The notes under the pieces were generated by a model. The model worked only from the letters and a program-made list of their open reading frames with translations. It made no database searches and had not been told where the DNA came from. A program made the translations under genes and the position numbers. From IMG/VR virus record IMGVR_UViG_3300001687_001193: DNA of 62,023 bases; one strand, 5' to 3'. Below are positions 52,199 to 61,816 of the stretch, in pieces. The stretch is from a virus. How positions within the stretch are numbered: the first letter of the stretch is position 1; each line of letters starts with the position of its first letter.

Positions 52199-52331
52199 AC
52201 GTGACTGCAATATAAAGGAATCAGAACTTGAGTCGTACATGGTAACTTGGCAGTGCACAAAATGTAGTGCATTGGCGCATATAGAGATGTACCACAAAAT
52301 TGTCCCAATTGACAAGGAGCACAAGGAATGA
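52149..52331 (+). CDS. hypothetical small Cys protein
   Basis: 60 aa; CNH...CTKC. Confidence 0.3.
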   Translation: MKMCNHTWIAVQRWTTRRDCNIKESELESYMVTWQCTKCSALAHIEMYHKIVPIDKEHKE

Positions 52332-52720
52332 AGAAGGTGCCTGAGATAGGAGATCTGATAAAGGTCAATCCAGAGTTCAAAAAAGAGTGGTGGAGGAAGA
52401 TATCTAAGACTGCTGCATTCCCCGATAATGGGAAAACTTTAGAAGTCAAGACAGTAGAAATTAGCGGAGACGACATATATGTATCGTGGGATGATGAGCA
52501 CGGACTGGTTGTAGATAAAAATTGTCGCTGCGTTCAGCCTCCTTTACATTATAGTGACAATGAAGTATTTATAATTGTTGAGGACCGCGCAGAAAAACGT
52601 AACGATAACAATGCAATACAGGAAGGAACTTATTGTTCTTGCGGTGGCACAGGAAAAGAGAACTGGGCGCGTGGCGCACGTTTTATGGTATGCACTATCT
52701 GCAAGAAAGAGCAAGTGTAG
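52328..52720 (+). CDS. hypothetical protein (IGDLIKVNPEF N-terminus; C-terminal Cys cluster)
   Basis: ATGA overlap; CSCGG...CTIC. Confidence 0.4.
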   Translation: MKKVPEIGDLIKVNPEFKKEWWRKISKTAAFPDNGKTLEVKTVEISGDDIYVSWDDEHGLVVDKNCRCVQPPLHYSDNEVFIIVEDRAEKRNDNNAIQEGTYCSCGGTGKENWARGARFMVCTICKKEQV

Positions 52721-52797
52721 AGAACGGCGTGGTTTGCGGTCGTCACAGATTGTGACTCTGTGTGCAAAGGGTCTTTCACCGTCTTTTTGGAGGAAGA

Positions 52798-53406
52798 ATG
52801 GAAGTTTCACTGACTGAATTTATAAAGAAAATGGATATATGTAGCGACGGCCATATATTCACCATTGTTTCGTCGTGTTGTCTTAATAGAGATAAAAAAA
52901 GGAAAGTGGTCTCCCCTGACGCAATACTCGTAGATACCTGTTGTCTTTCTGGTTATTATACATTACTTTTCGGAAACGTAGACAAACATACCCCACTATG
53001 GAGTTTTGTTGACCTGGAAGAAGCATTAGCTGCTGGAGATTGTATAGACATTTCAGGGGGTATTATAGATGCTTTGGTTGACGCTGAGCCGCCACTGATG
53101 CTAGATATAAACCCAGATTCTATAAGAAAATACGCGAGGATGGAAAAATTAACAAAAGCACAGCTGGTATGGAAAGTCTTGGAACTCATCGATATCGCGG
53201 AATTAGTAGAATATCTGGGATTGGATGTTGAGATGGAAGATTATGTTGATGGCTGCAGTTTTGTAGAAAGTCTTGGAAAAAAGACCTATGACGAAATATG
53301 TGAAACATTAATGTCGGCTTTTGAAATGATGCTAACGAGACAAGGCAAAGAAAAAGGTCGCAAAGCAGTGCGTGCTCGCCGCTGCTCTTACTTTGCTTTT
53401 TTCTAA
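52798..53406 (+). CDS. hypothetical protein
   Basis: GGAGGAAGA then ATG at 52798. Confidence 0.4.
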   Translation: MEVSLTEFIKKMDICSDGHIFTIVSSCCLNRDKKRKVVSPDAILVDTCCLSGYYTLLFGNVDKHTPLWSFVDLEEALAAGDCIDISGGIIDALVDAEPPLMLDINPDSIRKYARMEKLTKAQLVWKVLELIDIAELVEYLGLDVEMEDYVDGCSFVESLGKKTYDEICETLMSAFEMMLTRQGKEKGRKAVRARRCSYFAFF

Positions 53407-53418
53407 TATTGGTGAATT

Positions 53419-53652
53419 ATGGTCATAAAGATCAAAAATACTAGTATATACAAGGCCTTGGAACAAAAGATCGGCTCTATTGCCACTTTTGTGGCTCTAT
53501 TAATATTTTGGATTATTGACGTTACCGAACGTAAATGGCACGTAGCCAGGATGATGTGGGATGCTATCAGAGACATATTCATGCATTTTGAGTTGACGTT
53601 GATGTGGATAATTGTAATTGGGTTTTTACTTTTTTGTGCTTATTTAGCTTAA
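53419..53652 (+). CDS. small membrane protein
   Basis: Two TM helices. Confidence 0.4.
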   Translation: MVIKIKNTSIYKALEQKIGSIATFVALLIFWIIDVTERKWHVARMMWDAIRDIFMHFELTLMWIIVIGFLLFCAYLA

Positions 53653-53656
53653 ACAA

Positions 53657-53739
53657 GCCACCTGTTCCCTACCATCGGCTTCTAACCGATTGCCTTAATA
53701 GTGGGGTGGAGGCGAGGGGTTCGATTCCTCCAGGTGGTT
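53657..53739 (+). tRNA. atypical tRNA-Arg(TCT)-like gene (8-nt D region, 24-nt variable region)
   Basis: Acceptor GCCACCT/AGGTGGT (1 GU), perfect anticodon stem ATCGG/CCGAT with loop CTTCTAA, T-arm AGGGG-TTCGATT-CCTCC; paralogous in architecture to 55870-55953. Confidence 0.35.
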
Positions 53740-53755
53740 CAATATAGGGGAAATT

Positions 53756-54847
53756 ATGGAGATTGGGCTATCTTTTGATGATGTGTTGTTGAAGCCGCGT
53801 AGGCTCACCTTTTTGAGTAGGTTTAATGGAGAAATCGATTTATCTGTTCAATTATTACCGAATGTTAGACTGAAATATCCCCTTGTATCTGCCAATATGG
53901 ACACAGTTACCGAATACAAATTAGCCAATAAAATCAATGAGTTGGGTGGGCTGGGCATAATCCATAGATTTATGGACATAGAACGACATAAAGAGGAGTT
54001 ATTCTCTATTAAAGACACTAGGATTCTTTGTATAGGTGTTGGGGATCACAGCAGGGAGAGGCTCGTTCGTATAAATGACAGACACGATCGGGACAATGCA
54101 TATATACAAGGAATCTTAGTTGACGTGGCACATGGCCATTCTAATGCTGTTCTTGAGCAGATCAAGGAGGTTAAAGAGAAATTTCCAAGCAAGCCTATAA
54201 TAGCCGGAAATGTCGCTACGTATGAGGGTGCCATGGATTTACTTTCCGCTGGAGCAGACTGCATCAAGGCGGGAGTAGGACCTGGCAGCCTTTGTACGAC
54301 AAGAATTAAAACTGGTTGTGGCATCCCACAGCTAACGGCTATAGTGGAAGTAAGGAAGGCTGTCGAAGATTATGTGGCACGCTGCCTACTGCCTCGCGGT
54401 CATCGGGATGGACCACGGGAGCGTCCGTGGAAACCTACTATCATATCCGACGGCGGGATCAAGAACAGTGGCGATGGTATTAAAGCAATTGCCGCTGGTG
54501 CTGACGCAGTTATGGTCGGAAATTTATTCGCTGGCACAGATGAAAGCCCTGGCAGAGTCGTTAGTTTCCCAGGGCACGGAAAAATGAAGGAATATAGAGG
54601 TATGGCTAGTCTTGAGGCGCAAGAAAGTTGGAAAGGCAGAGCCACGTCTATCGAAGGAGAAATGACATATGTACCGTATAAAGGCTCTCTGGAAAGCGTA
54701 TTCGACGACTTTGTTTCCGGTATGTTGTCAGGAATGAGTTATCAAGATGCAAAGAATCTTTCGCAACTAAGAGAGAATGCAGAATTCATACGCATAACTC
54801 CCTCTAGTCTACAGGAAAGTTTACCGCATGGGGTGGTGCTAAAATGA
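53756..54847 (+). CDS. IMP dehydrogenase / GMP reductase family protein (GMP-reductase-like, no CBS domains)
   Basis: FDDVLLKP start, [18 protein letters not shown], catalytic loop [11 protein letters not shown]; carries a GC-rich insertion of about 20 aa ([20 protein letters not shown]) before the IISDGG strand. Confidence 0.7.
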   Translation: MEIGLSFDDVLLKPRRLTFLSRFNGEIDLSVQLLPNVRLKYPLVSANMDTVTEYKLANKINELGGLGIIHRFMDIERHKEELFSIKDTRILCIGVGDHSRERLVRINDRHDRDNAYIQGILVDVAHGHSNAVLEQIKEVKEKFPSKPIIAGNVATYEGAMDLLSAGADCIKAGVGPGSLCTTRIKTGCGIPQLTAIVEVRKAVEDYVARCLLPRGHRDGPRERPWKPTIISDGGIKNSGDGIKAIAAGADAVMVGNLFAGTDESPGRVVSFPGHGKMKEYRGMASLEAQESWKGRATSIEGEMTYVPYKGSLESVFDDFVSGMLSGMSYQDAKNLSQLRENAEFIRITPSSLQESLPHGVVLK

Positions 54848-55092
54848 ACCTAAAAGAATTGAAATATGTAATAGATTCTGCGCTAGACAAATGTCCAGGA
54901 GCAGCACAATGGGATATTATTGTATCACGAGATGGAACTATGAGGGAAGAACTCTTTGAGGTAGATGGAGTAGAAAGCTGTGTATATGAACCAGATCCTA
55001 CTTTAATAGGCAATTATTTTAGGGTAAGAATTGCAGAAAGCGAAGAAAAAGAAAACGCGCTGTGTTTTTATGTTTTGCCAAGCTCCCGCTAG
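54844..55092 (+). CDS. hypothetical protein
   Basis: 82-aa ORF; ATGA overlap. Confidence 0.35.
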   Translation: MNLKELKYVIDSALDKCPGAAQWDIIVSRDGTMREELFEVDGVESCVYEPDPTLIGNYFRVRIAESEEKENALCFYVLPSSR

Positions 55093-55153
55093 TGGATTTC
55101 TAGACTCGGGACTCCTAATCCTGATGTTCCCGGTTCGATTCCGGGCGGGAGTT
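55082..55153 (+). tRNA. tRNA-Arg(CCT) (probable)
   Basis: Acceptor GCTCCCG/CGGGAGT (1 GU), anticodon stem CGGGA/TCCTG (1 GU), loop CTCCTAA, T-arm CCCGG-TTCGATT-CCGGG. Confidence 0.45.
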
Positions 55154-55165
55154 CGACGGTGACTT

Positions 55166-55441
55166 ATGAAAGTTATTAATGCCAATGATATTACCATATC
55201 ATGTGTGTGCAAATCAATCAAGATAAGATTTAATGATATATTAGTCGACGCTGAAAAGTACGGATGGTCGAGAGCCGAGATAACCAGCGAAGCATCGTGT
55301 ATGCTGTTCAATTATGCAGCTGCACACGATGTGATCAAACGCTCTGCGATTATTGATGTATACGAAGATAATATTCTAGCGAAGATTTACTTTACTGGAA
55401 CAATGAGATTAGTAGGTTGTACCCGCTTACGAAGTAAATAG
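55166..55441 (+). CDS. hypothetical protein
   Basis: 91-aa ORF. Confidence 0.35.
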   Translation: MKVINANDITISCVCKSIKIRFNDILVDAEKYGWSRAEITSEASCMLFNYAAAHDVIKRSAIIDVYEDNILAKIYFTGTMRLVGCTRLRSK

Positions 55442-55447
55442 GAAAGG

Positions 55448-55864
55448 ATGATGAAGATCAGAACATATTTTATCAGTAATAGTAGCAGCAGCAGTTTTGT
55501 TGCAGTGGTAGATCCGGATGCATACAATGACTTGAAGGAAGAACTTAATCGAGTAGAATTAGAACTTCTCGAAGATATGGAAAAGCGCGAAAAGCGAAAA
55601 CTCAACGACAACTATTACGTATTGTTGGCTGACTATATGTATACGGAAGAACCAGAACAGGCAGAATTGCTCGAAGAAATATTCGAAGAAGAAGGTATAG
55701 AAGCACTAAGAGAGGCTCTAGACATGGAAGATGACGGCGAAATAGACCTCTCTTCGGAATATATAAGGGCAGAGATAGCTGTAGATATAGTAGGAGAGTT
55801 ACGAGATAAAATAAACCGCTTGGCAGCAAGTGGAAAAGCAATTACATACTATCAAAATTTATAA
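55448..55864 (+). CDS. small highly acidic protein with N-terminal YFISNSSSSSF tag (SNSS-tag family member 4)
   Basis: Shared N-terminal motif; about 35 percent Asp/Glu. Confidence 0.5.
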   Translation: MMKIRTYFISNSSSSSFVAVVDPDAYNDLKEELNRVELELLEDMEKREKRKLNDNYYVLLADYMYTEEPEQAELLEEIFEEEGIEALREALDMEDDGEIDLSSEYIRAEIAVDIVGELRDKINRLAASGKAITYYQNL

Positions 55865-55869
55865 AACGC

Positions 55870-55953
55870 GCCCCCCGCTCCCGACGCCGCGCTACGGACG
55901 CGGTCCCTAAGTGTTGGGCGGATGGGCATGGGGTTCGATTCCTCCGGGGGGTT
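55870..55953 (+). tRNA. atypical tRNA-Arg(ACG)-like gene (8-nt D region, 25-nt variable region)
   Basis: Acceptor GCCCCCC/GGGGGGT (1 GU), perfect anticodon stem CCGCG/CGCGG with loop CTACGGA, T-arm TGGGG-TTCGATT-CCTCC; same odd architecture as 53657-53739. Confidence 0.35.
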
Positions 55954-55968
55954 CTTTAAGGAGAAAAG

Positions 55969-56199
55969 ATGTATATGAAGTTTACTTGTAGTTGCGGTGG
56001 GCCGGGAATTGTTATGATGATGACATCAGAACAACATATCGGGGTATTGGCTAGAATGATGTTTCCAAGATGTCCAATGTGTAATAATATAATGAAAGAA
56101 TCGCGATCTTATCGTTATCATCCTTTAGGTTCAGCGTTAGTTGATCCTCAGGATCTTTCTTGGGTTTCATATGCATTGGACTTTGAGTTTGAGGAGTAA
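55969..56199 (+). CDS. hypothetical Cys-rich protein
   Basis: CSCGG...CPMC. Confidence 0.35.
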   Translation: MYMKFTCSCGGPGIVMMMTSEQHIGVLARMMFPRCPMCNNIMKESRSYRYHPLGSALVDPQDLSWVSYALDFEFEE

Positions 56200-56201
56200 A
56201 T

Positions 56202-56438
56202 ATGAAAGTCGAGATAAAAGAAAAAATTAAAAGAGAGGTGAGCAGACAGATTAAGAAATGCTGCTTGGAAAATGGAATATTTAGAGGACATAAGAAAACT
56301 ATTATTAGAACCAACGGGGAAAGGTACCCGTGGGTGATAATGCACCAATGTGATTTATTTGGTAAAAGCTCGGAATTCTATGAGAATTTAGATGACGCTG
56401 TATATGACTTCGTTGAGCTGTGGGCAGTTTATGGATAA
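56202..56438 (+). CDS. hypothetical protein
   Basis: 78-aa ORF. Confidence 0.35.
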   Translation: MKVEIKEKIKREVSRQIKKCCLENGIFRGHKKTIIRTNGERYPWVIMHQCDLFGKSSEFYENLDDAVYDFVELWAVYG

Positions 56439-56628
56439 AGCAATGCAAGCAACTTTGAAAAGAATCGAGACAGGACATTTTACGACAATTGATGAAAAAA
56501 TTTATAGACTTTATGTCGTACGTGTTACTTGGGAAGATGGACGAACAAGAATATTTCCCAGCGAAGAACATGCAAAGGCACATTTAGAAGGCCGGGAGCC
56601 AGAATTTGTGCCGTTTAAGACTCCATAA
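56431..56628 (+). CDS. hypothetical protein
   Basis: Internal ATG overlapping the upstream stop. Confidence 0.3.
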   Translation: MDKAMQATLKRIETGHFTTIDEKIYRLYVVRVTWEDGRTRIFPSEEHAKAHLEGREPEFVPFKTP

Positions 56629-56633
56629 AGAAG

Positions 56634-57698
56634 GTGTACATGCGTGAAGAATCCATTAAGTTTTTGAAAAATTTGATCGAGGCTCCAAGCCCATCTGGCT
56701 TTGAGAGCCCTGCTTCTAAGATTTGGAGGGAATATTTAAAACCACACGTCAGTGAAGTGCGCGGAGACGTATATGGCAATTCTATAGCCGTTGTAAACCC
56801 GGAAGGATCTCCAAAAATTATGCTCTGCGGCCACATTGATGAAGTAGGATTCATGGTTAACTATATCAACGACGAAGGTTTTTTGTATATGTCAGCCATA
56901 GGTGGCGTCGATCCTCTTATAGCTCTGGGAAGAGATGTAATTATCCATAACAAAAATGGCCCGGTGCGCGGAGTAACGGGCAGGATCCCCACGCATTTGC
57001 AAAATGACGAAGAAGAAGAAGAGATAAAGTTACATAAAATATACGTGGATATCGGGGCGCTAGATAGAGAAAATGCGTTTGAAATGGTATCCGTCGGAGA
57101 TCCTGTAACCTTCGACGTCGGGTTTCGTGAGCTGTCTAACGGTAGGATTGTGGCTAGGGGCCTTGATGATCGGATGGGCGCGTGGTGTGTTGCCGAAGCG
57201 TTAATGGAGCTGGTCAGATCCGATAAGCTATCCGCCGCCGTTTACGGCGTAGCTACTGTGCAGGAGGAGATTGGGACTAGTGGAGCCATCATCTCCTCTT
57301 TTGCGCTAGGTCCAAAGGCTGCCGTTGCCATAGATGCGACGCACGCCACGGATATTCCTGACGTTACTAAGGAAAAGACCGGAGACGTACAGCTAGGTGG
57401 GGGTCCAACTATCTCTGTCGGGTCTTTAATGCATAGAAAAGTTAGGGAGATGTTAAAGGAAGCGGCAGAGAACAACAGGATTCCCAACCAAATCGTGACA
57501 GCTCCGTGTTGGTCTGGGACAGACGCTGATGTAATATCGGTAAGTCGTAGCGGCATCCCATCAGGACTAGTATCGGTGCCAAATAGATATATGCATACGC
57601 CAGTAGAAATGATTCAACTGGACGATTTAGAAAATACTGTCAAACTGTTGGTCGCTTGGTGTGAGGCCATGGACGACGATATAGATTTCAATATTTGA
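56634..57698 (+). CDS. M42-family metallo-aminopeptidase (FrvX/CelM-like)
   Basis: LCGHIDEVGFMV (the HxDExGF metal-binding motif), GRIPTH and distal D/E ligands fit peptidase family M42. Confidence 0.65.
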   Translation: MYMREESIKFLKNLIEAPSPSGFESPASKIWREYLKPHVSEVRGDVYGNSIAVVNPEGSPKIMLCGHIDEVGFMVNYINDEGFLYMSAIGGVDPLIALGRDVIIHNKNGPVRGVTGRIPTHLQNDEEEEEIKLHKIYVDIGALDRENAFEMVSVGDPVTFDVGFRELSNGRIVARGLDDRMGAWCVAEALMELVRSDKLSAAVYGVATVQEEIGTSGAIISSFALGPKAAVAIDATHATDIPDVTKEKTGDVQLGGGPTISVGSLMHRKVREMLKEAAENNRIPNQIVTAPCWSGTDADVISVSRSGIPSGLVSVPNRYMHTPVEMIQLDDLENTVKLLVAWCEAMDDDIDFNI

Positions 57699-57904
57699 GG
57701 TGCAGAATGCCTGTTATTACATTGGATTTAGATATGGCCGATTTCGTATCGGAACTGGTCGCCAAGACTCCTAGGGACGAATTGTTAGACCTAATCAAAC
57801 AAATTGACAGAGAAGTATCTGAGTATGAGTTTACAGAAGAATTGAGAGACTATTTTGTTAAAGAGATGGATGTAGAAGAAGAGTACGAGTACGAAGATGA
57901 ATGA
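57695..57904 (+). CDS. hypothetical acidic protein
   Basis: 69-aa ORF. Confidence 0.35.
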   Translation: MRCRMPVITLDLDMADFVSELVAKTPRDELLDLIKQIDREVSEYEFTEELRDYFVKEMDVEEEYEYEDE

Positions 57905-57911
57905 GTGGATT

Positions 57912-57995
57912 GTCACCGTGGCGGAATTGGCAGACGCCCTGGACTTAGAATCCAGTGTCCGCAAGGACGTGGGAGTTCGACTCTCCCCGGTGACA
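57912..57995 (+). tRNA. tRNA-Leu(TAG)
   Basis: Class II fold: acceptor GTCACCG/CGGTGAC, D GCG/CGC, anticodon stem CTGGA/TCCAG, loop CTTAGAA, 15-nt variable arm, T-arm GGGAG-TTCGACT-CTCCC, A73. Confidence 0.6.
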
Positions 57996-58011
57996 CGTAA
58001 CGAGGCAAGGT

Positions 58012-58452
58012 ATGAAAACAATAAAGACTGTTACACAGGAAAGAAACCATCAGGTCCGTAGTAAATACGAAGAGAAATATAATTGCACGATAAGGGACGC
58101 GGAGTGGCTCCAGACCAACTATCCAGATCTATACAACTGGGCCAATTATATAGGAAAATGGGCTTATATTTCGCGCGTGGGGATCATATGCGAATTCAAA
58201 GGAAGCGTCGTGATTAAGGTGGCCACAGAGAAACATATATATCATATAAATGCTGTAAAGCCGAATGGTAATGGAAATAGTGGCAATACAGACAAGGGAT
58301 ATTTAGGTTGTACAATGTCTAATAGAGCACCTGAATTTGGCGAGTATTGGACCAGGGGAAGTGATTTAATGGATGGGCCGTATGATAAAGAAACGTGGTA
58401 TAAGATCATGTCAGATATTGTGGCATGTGAGTTGATAAAACCAGTTATATGA
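58012..58452 (+). CDS. hypothetical protein
   Basis: 146-aa ORF. Confidence 0.4.
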   Translation: MKTIKTVTQERNHQVRSKYEEKYNCTIRDAEWLQTNYPDLYNWANYIGKWAYISRVGIICEFKGSVVIKVATEKHIYHINAVKPNGNGNSGNTDKGYLGCTMSNRAPEFGEYWTRGSDLMDGPYDKETWYKIMSDIVACELIKPVI

Positions 58453-58464
58453 CTTGGAGATAGC

Positions 58465-58806
58465 ATGACATCATCTTTTAAATACAATATTAAAGTCGGA
58501 GATATTATCGTCGCTCATCGCAAAGGTATTCATGTCGTAGTTGAAGTGGAGCGACGCTTTGTTGACGAATATCTTGCTGGATGTTCGGCATGCGGCAATC
58601 TTGGAGACGAGTATAATAGTCTTATTCACTACCGCCAGATAGCCAAAGTTAGCGGAGTAAAAGTAAATGGCAAAAAAATATATATGTGCGATGAGTCATA
58701 CTGTGCTATAGTTGGCGATGATTGGTTTCAAAACAGGATCACCGAATTGGATGATACGAGAAGGGCAATAGAGAGACTCCGCAGGAAGCTTGTAGAAGAT
58801 GAATAA
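58465..58806 (+). CDS. hypothetical protein (KVGDIIV N-terminus)
   Basis: 113-aa ORF. Confidence 0.35.
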   Translation: MTSSFKYNIKVGDIIVAHRKGIHVVVEVERRFVDEYLAGCSACGNLGDEYNSLIHYRQIAKVSGVKVNGKKIYMCDESYCAIVGDDWFQNRITELDDTRRAIERLRRKLVEDE

Positions 58807-59428
58807 ATACCCGAGAAGCGTTCCCATATGTCCGACATGTAACATCCAAAGTGGCTTGGAACAATGCGTTCTGTGTGGGCGCGACTACAAGTTAAAGGCT
58901 AAGCGAGACGCTGCGCGAGCAGCAAAGGCAGAAGCGGAAAGAATTGCTTCTCTAATACCTTTAAGAGTAAGTTGCCCAGAAGACGGAGTCGTCCGTATAT
59001 ATTTCAGGAATCCAAATGGTGCTCCCGTTACAATAATGTGGATTAATCTCGAAATGAAAGGCAGAAAAAAATGGAAAAATACTTTCCACATGGTAGAGGC
59101 TCTAAGAGAAGAAGGTTATACAAATATTAAGGAAGCTATAAAATCAATAAAGACACGTAGATATCAGTATCGCAACAGGTCTAAAAGCTGTCGCGATTTC
59201 GCGAAGAACAGAAATATTGAGATATGGGCTCACGCTGTAGTTGGGATAGAGTCGCAGGGATTAACTTGTGTAGATAACGTTAGATATGCCAGGATGTCTG
59301 ATAGAGGAGCGATGCGAAGATATTATAAACAGAAGAGAGATGGGTGTTGCGGTTCAATGGATTTCGTTAAAAGATGCCCGTTTGACTGGCTTAGAAAATA
59401 CATGATAGGATTCAATTATGGCCATTAA
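58799..59428 (+). CDS. hypothetical protein
   Basis: 209-aa ORF; N-terminal Cys pairs. Confidence 0.4.
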   Translation: MNKYPRSVPICPTCNIQSGLEQCVLCGRDYKLKAKRDAARAAKAEAERIASLIPLRVSCPEDGVVRIYFRNPNGAPVTIMWINLEMKGRKKWKNTFHMVEALREEGYTNIKEAIKSIKTRRYQYRNRSKSCRDFAKNRNIEIWAHAVVGIESQGLTCVDNVRYARMSDRGAMRRYYKQKRDGCCGSMDFVKRCPFDWLRKYMIGFNYGH

Positions 59429-59798
59429 ATTTTCAGTACTCGCGGTCGCTTCAATGTTGTTAATAGTTGGATGTTCCGGTAACAATCAAACTTGTGTACA
59501 TCCTACGGCACGTGCAGTCGAGATTGAAGATATAGACAAAATAGACAGATTATTAAATAGATTAGAGCGCGTTTCTATCAAACATTGGTGGTACGATGAG
59601 TGGACTACTCCAATTATAAAGACGTATCAACTCAATGGAGTTAGAGTAGTGGTTACTCCACATGGAGACATAAAAGTAGACGACTGGCGGATTAACACAC
59701 AACGCGACCAAACGGTACGTGCTATAGAATTATTCGACTGTGTTACCACCAAGATGGGGGTAAGTATGGATATAGCAATTGACGAGGCACTTAAATAG
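59418..59798 (+). CDS. lipoprotein
   Basis: Signal peptide with lipobox LIVGC. Confidence 0.5.
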   Translation: MAIKFSVLAVASMLLIVGCSGNNQTCVHPTARAVEIEDIDKIDRLLNRLERVSIKHWWYDEWTTPIIKTYQLNGVRVVVTPHGDIKVDDWRINTQRDQTVRAIELFDCVTTKMGVSMDIAIDEALK

Positions 59799-59806
59799 GT
59801 AAAGAC

Positions 59807-60136
59807 ATGAAAAGTTGGGCAGACGGTGCGATTAAGGATCTCGCAAGAAACGGGACAGCGAAAATACGACCGAAAGGTCATTCTATGAAGGGAAAAGTAG
59901 AAAGCGGCGACGAGGTGGAGCTGTCTGTTTGTAAGCCCGAGGAATTGTCTGTTGGAAACGTAGTGTTGGTAAAGGTTAAGGGAAGAATATATTTACATTT
60001 AATAAAAGCCATTAAAAACATGAAAGGCAGATTAAAATTCCAGATAGGTAACAATTATGGCGGGATCAATGGTTGGGTTGGACCGAATGCCGTATATGGA
60101 GTAATGAAAGAAGGAACCAAGAATGGAAATAAATAA
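59807..60136 (+). CDS. S24 (LexA/UmuD-like) peptidase-domain protein (putative)
   Basis: GHSMKGKVESGDEV parallels the GDSMxP...GD catalytic Ser region; a Lys lies further downstream. Confidence 0.4.
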   Translation: MKSWADGAIKDLARNGTAKIRPKGHSMKGKVESGDEVELSVCKPEELSVGNVVLVKVKGRIYLHLIKAIKNMKGRLKFQIGNNYGGINGWVGPNAVYGVMKEGTKNGNK

Positions 60137-60425
60137 TATGGCACGAGCCATGATAGAAGCAAAGGTAGATTATGACAAGTATGGCAAAATTACAGAAGTA
60201 ATAGTTCTACCGATGGAGTGGCTTGATACTTTTTTACAAGCGGCAGAGAAAGGCGCAGTAGACAGTGTGAATAAATATGGAAACATATTTAAAACGCCAT
60301 CAGGCATATATTCGGTATGGGGGGCCGACGTTTTATTTGCCCACGGGATCGATAAGCCGATTGCTGCCGGATACAGTTATCTATACCCTGATTCTACAAA
60401 ACAAAGTGACGGAGATGAGGCATAA
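60123..60425 (+). CDS. hypothetical protein
   Basis: 100-aa ORF. Confidence 0.35.
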   Translation: MEINNMARAMIEAKVDYDKYGKITEVIVLPMEWLDTFLQAAEKGAVDSVNKYGNIFKTPSGIYSVWGADVLFAHGIDKPIAAGYSYLYPDSTKQSDGDEA

Positions 60426-60736
60426 TGTCTACAGCTATTAAATATGGAATTGTAGTAGTAATGACAGAAGAAAAGCTCAGCACCGTCTTTTCTGCGGACT
60501 TGTTATCAGAGCCGAGCGACGGATTAAAACAGGCGATCAAAGGATTGGCGCTAGCAAACTTAAAAATACCTGTCGAAAAATGGCATAATGTTGAATGTGA
60601 AATGTCGAAAAACTGTCTTAATGACACATATATGTTTAGACTACGTTCCTTCGAGAAAATAGATGGACTTTATGAAATCCGTGCCGAAGGAATAGAATAT
60701 CCAAAAAGATTCTTCAAATGGAACGAGAAAGAATAA
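60425..60736 (+). CDS. hypothetical protein
   Basis: ATGA overlap. Confidence 0.35.
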   Translation: MSTAIKYGIVVVMTEEKLSTVFSADLLSEPSDGLKQAIKGLALANLKIPVEKWHNVECEMSKNCLNDTYMFRLRSFEKIDGLYEIRAEGIEYPKRFFKWNEKE

Positions 60737-61149
60737 TGGAAGATTCTAAGTGTCCCAAGTGCTGGGCCCCTATACATCCTGGTCATTATGAAACCCATGT
60801 TGCAAAATGTCATGATTGGTTAGAGTATGGAGTGACAATATTATTAACCTCTGATTTGGCAAGACGTCTTACAAAAAGCAACTCAGTCGAGAACTGGAAT
60901 AGTACGTATGGTAAAATTGTTCTGGAGTTTGCGCTAAATTTTTGTGATATACCTGTTTCTGACCGCCACAAAGTATTGTCTGAGATTGACCGAAGCGTAA
61001 TTAGAGACCAGTACATCGTGAGGCTTAGGTCAAGACACTCTCTGCCGGGGTTACATAAAATGGAAGAAGGAGCACCCTACTACGAGATATATCTAGACCG
61101 CAAAGTACTTGAAGGATGGCTGTTTAGAATAGAGAATCCGGGGAGATAA
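60718..61149 (+). CDS. hypothetical protein
   Basis: 143-aa ORF. Confidence 0.35.
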   Translation: MERERIMEDSKCPKCWAPIHPGHYETHVAKCHDWLEYGVTILLTSDLARRLTKSNSVENWNSTYGKIVLEFALNFCDIPVSDRHKVLSEIDRSVIRDQYIVRLRSRHSLPGLHKMEEGAPYYEIYLDRKVLEGWLFRIENPGR

Positions 61150-61209
61150 GGGAATGGGCGACCCCGCAACAGAAATAAAGGTGGCTGCTATTGCAGTCAT
61201 ACTTATCAT

Positions 61210-61731
61210 TTGGGTAATAACCGGGATTATTGGCTACAAAGCTTGGAGAGAACCGTGATAACTGAAGTCGTCCCTAAAAGACTATGGGCATGTGCTCACA
61301 AAGATATACACGAGCCACATGCTATGGAAAAACTTATAGATCAAGGCCTAGAGTGCGTTGTTTCCATTTTACCAGCTGGTATTTATAATATATGTGATAT
61401 TGATCCAAAGCCGCAAGTGCACAAAGTGCTTGTGTGCCTAGACAACAGCCAAGTCTCGCCAGAACGCATAGAGGGAGTGGTTAGCCTAATGGCACCTACG
61501 TTGATTCACTGCAATGCGGGGAAAAATCGTTCCACTGCCATTGCAGCTTGTTGGCTAATAAAACAGTGTAGTTTTATTTATGATCGAGGCGGCAATACCG
61601 CTACAATAGTCAACAGAGCTATCGACTACGTCATAGAAAAACGGGCAGCGACGTTTGGATACTTACCACAAGTAACGGAAACTATGCGACACAATGTATA
61701 TAAGTATTTTAAATGGTTGAGATTATTATAA
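61210..61731 (+). CDS. Cys-based dual-specificity phosphatase (start uncertain; GTG at 61256 is an alternative)
   Basis: HCNAGKNRSTA is a canonical HCx5R(S/T) P-loop. Confidence 0.55.
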   Translation: MGNNRDYWLQSLERTVITEVVPKRLWACAHKDIHEPHAMEKLIDQGLECVVSILPAGIYNICDIDPKPQVHKVLVCLDNSQVSPERIEGVVSLMAPTLIHCNAGKNRSTAIAACWLIKQCSFIYDRGGNTATIVNRAIDYVIEKRAATFGYLPQVTETMRHNVYKYFKWLRLL

Positions 61732-61733
61732 AA

Positions 61734-61803
61734 CGGCAACGATAGGTGGTCCTTGGCCTGGGCTCATATCCTGGTGCTTTCGAGTTCGATTCTCGGCGTT
61801 GCC
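61734..61803 (+). tRNA. tRNA-Met(CAT) (initiator, elongator or Ile-lysidine type not resolved)
   Basis: Acceptor GGCAACG/CGTTGCC, anticodon stem CTGGG/CCTGG (2 GU), loop CTCATAT, T-arm TCGAG-TTCGATT-CTCGG. Confidence 0.45.
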
Positions 61804-61816
61804 ACAAGGAGGATAA

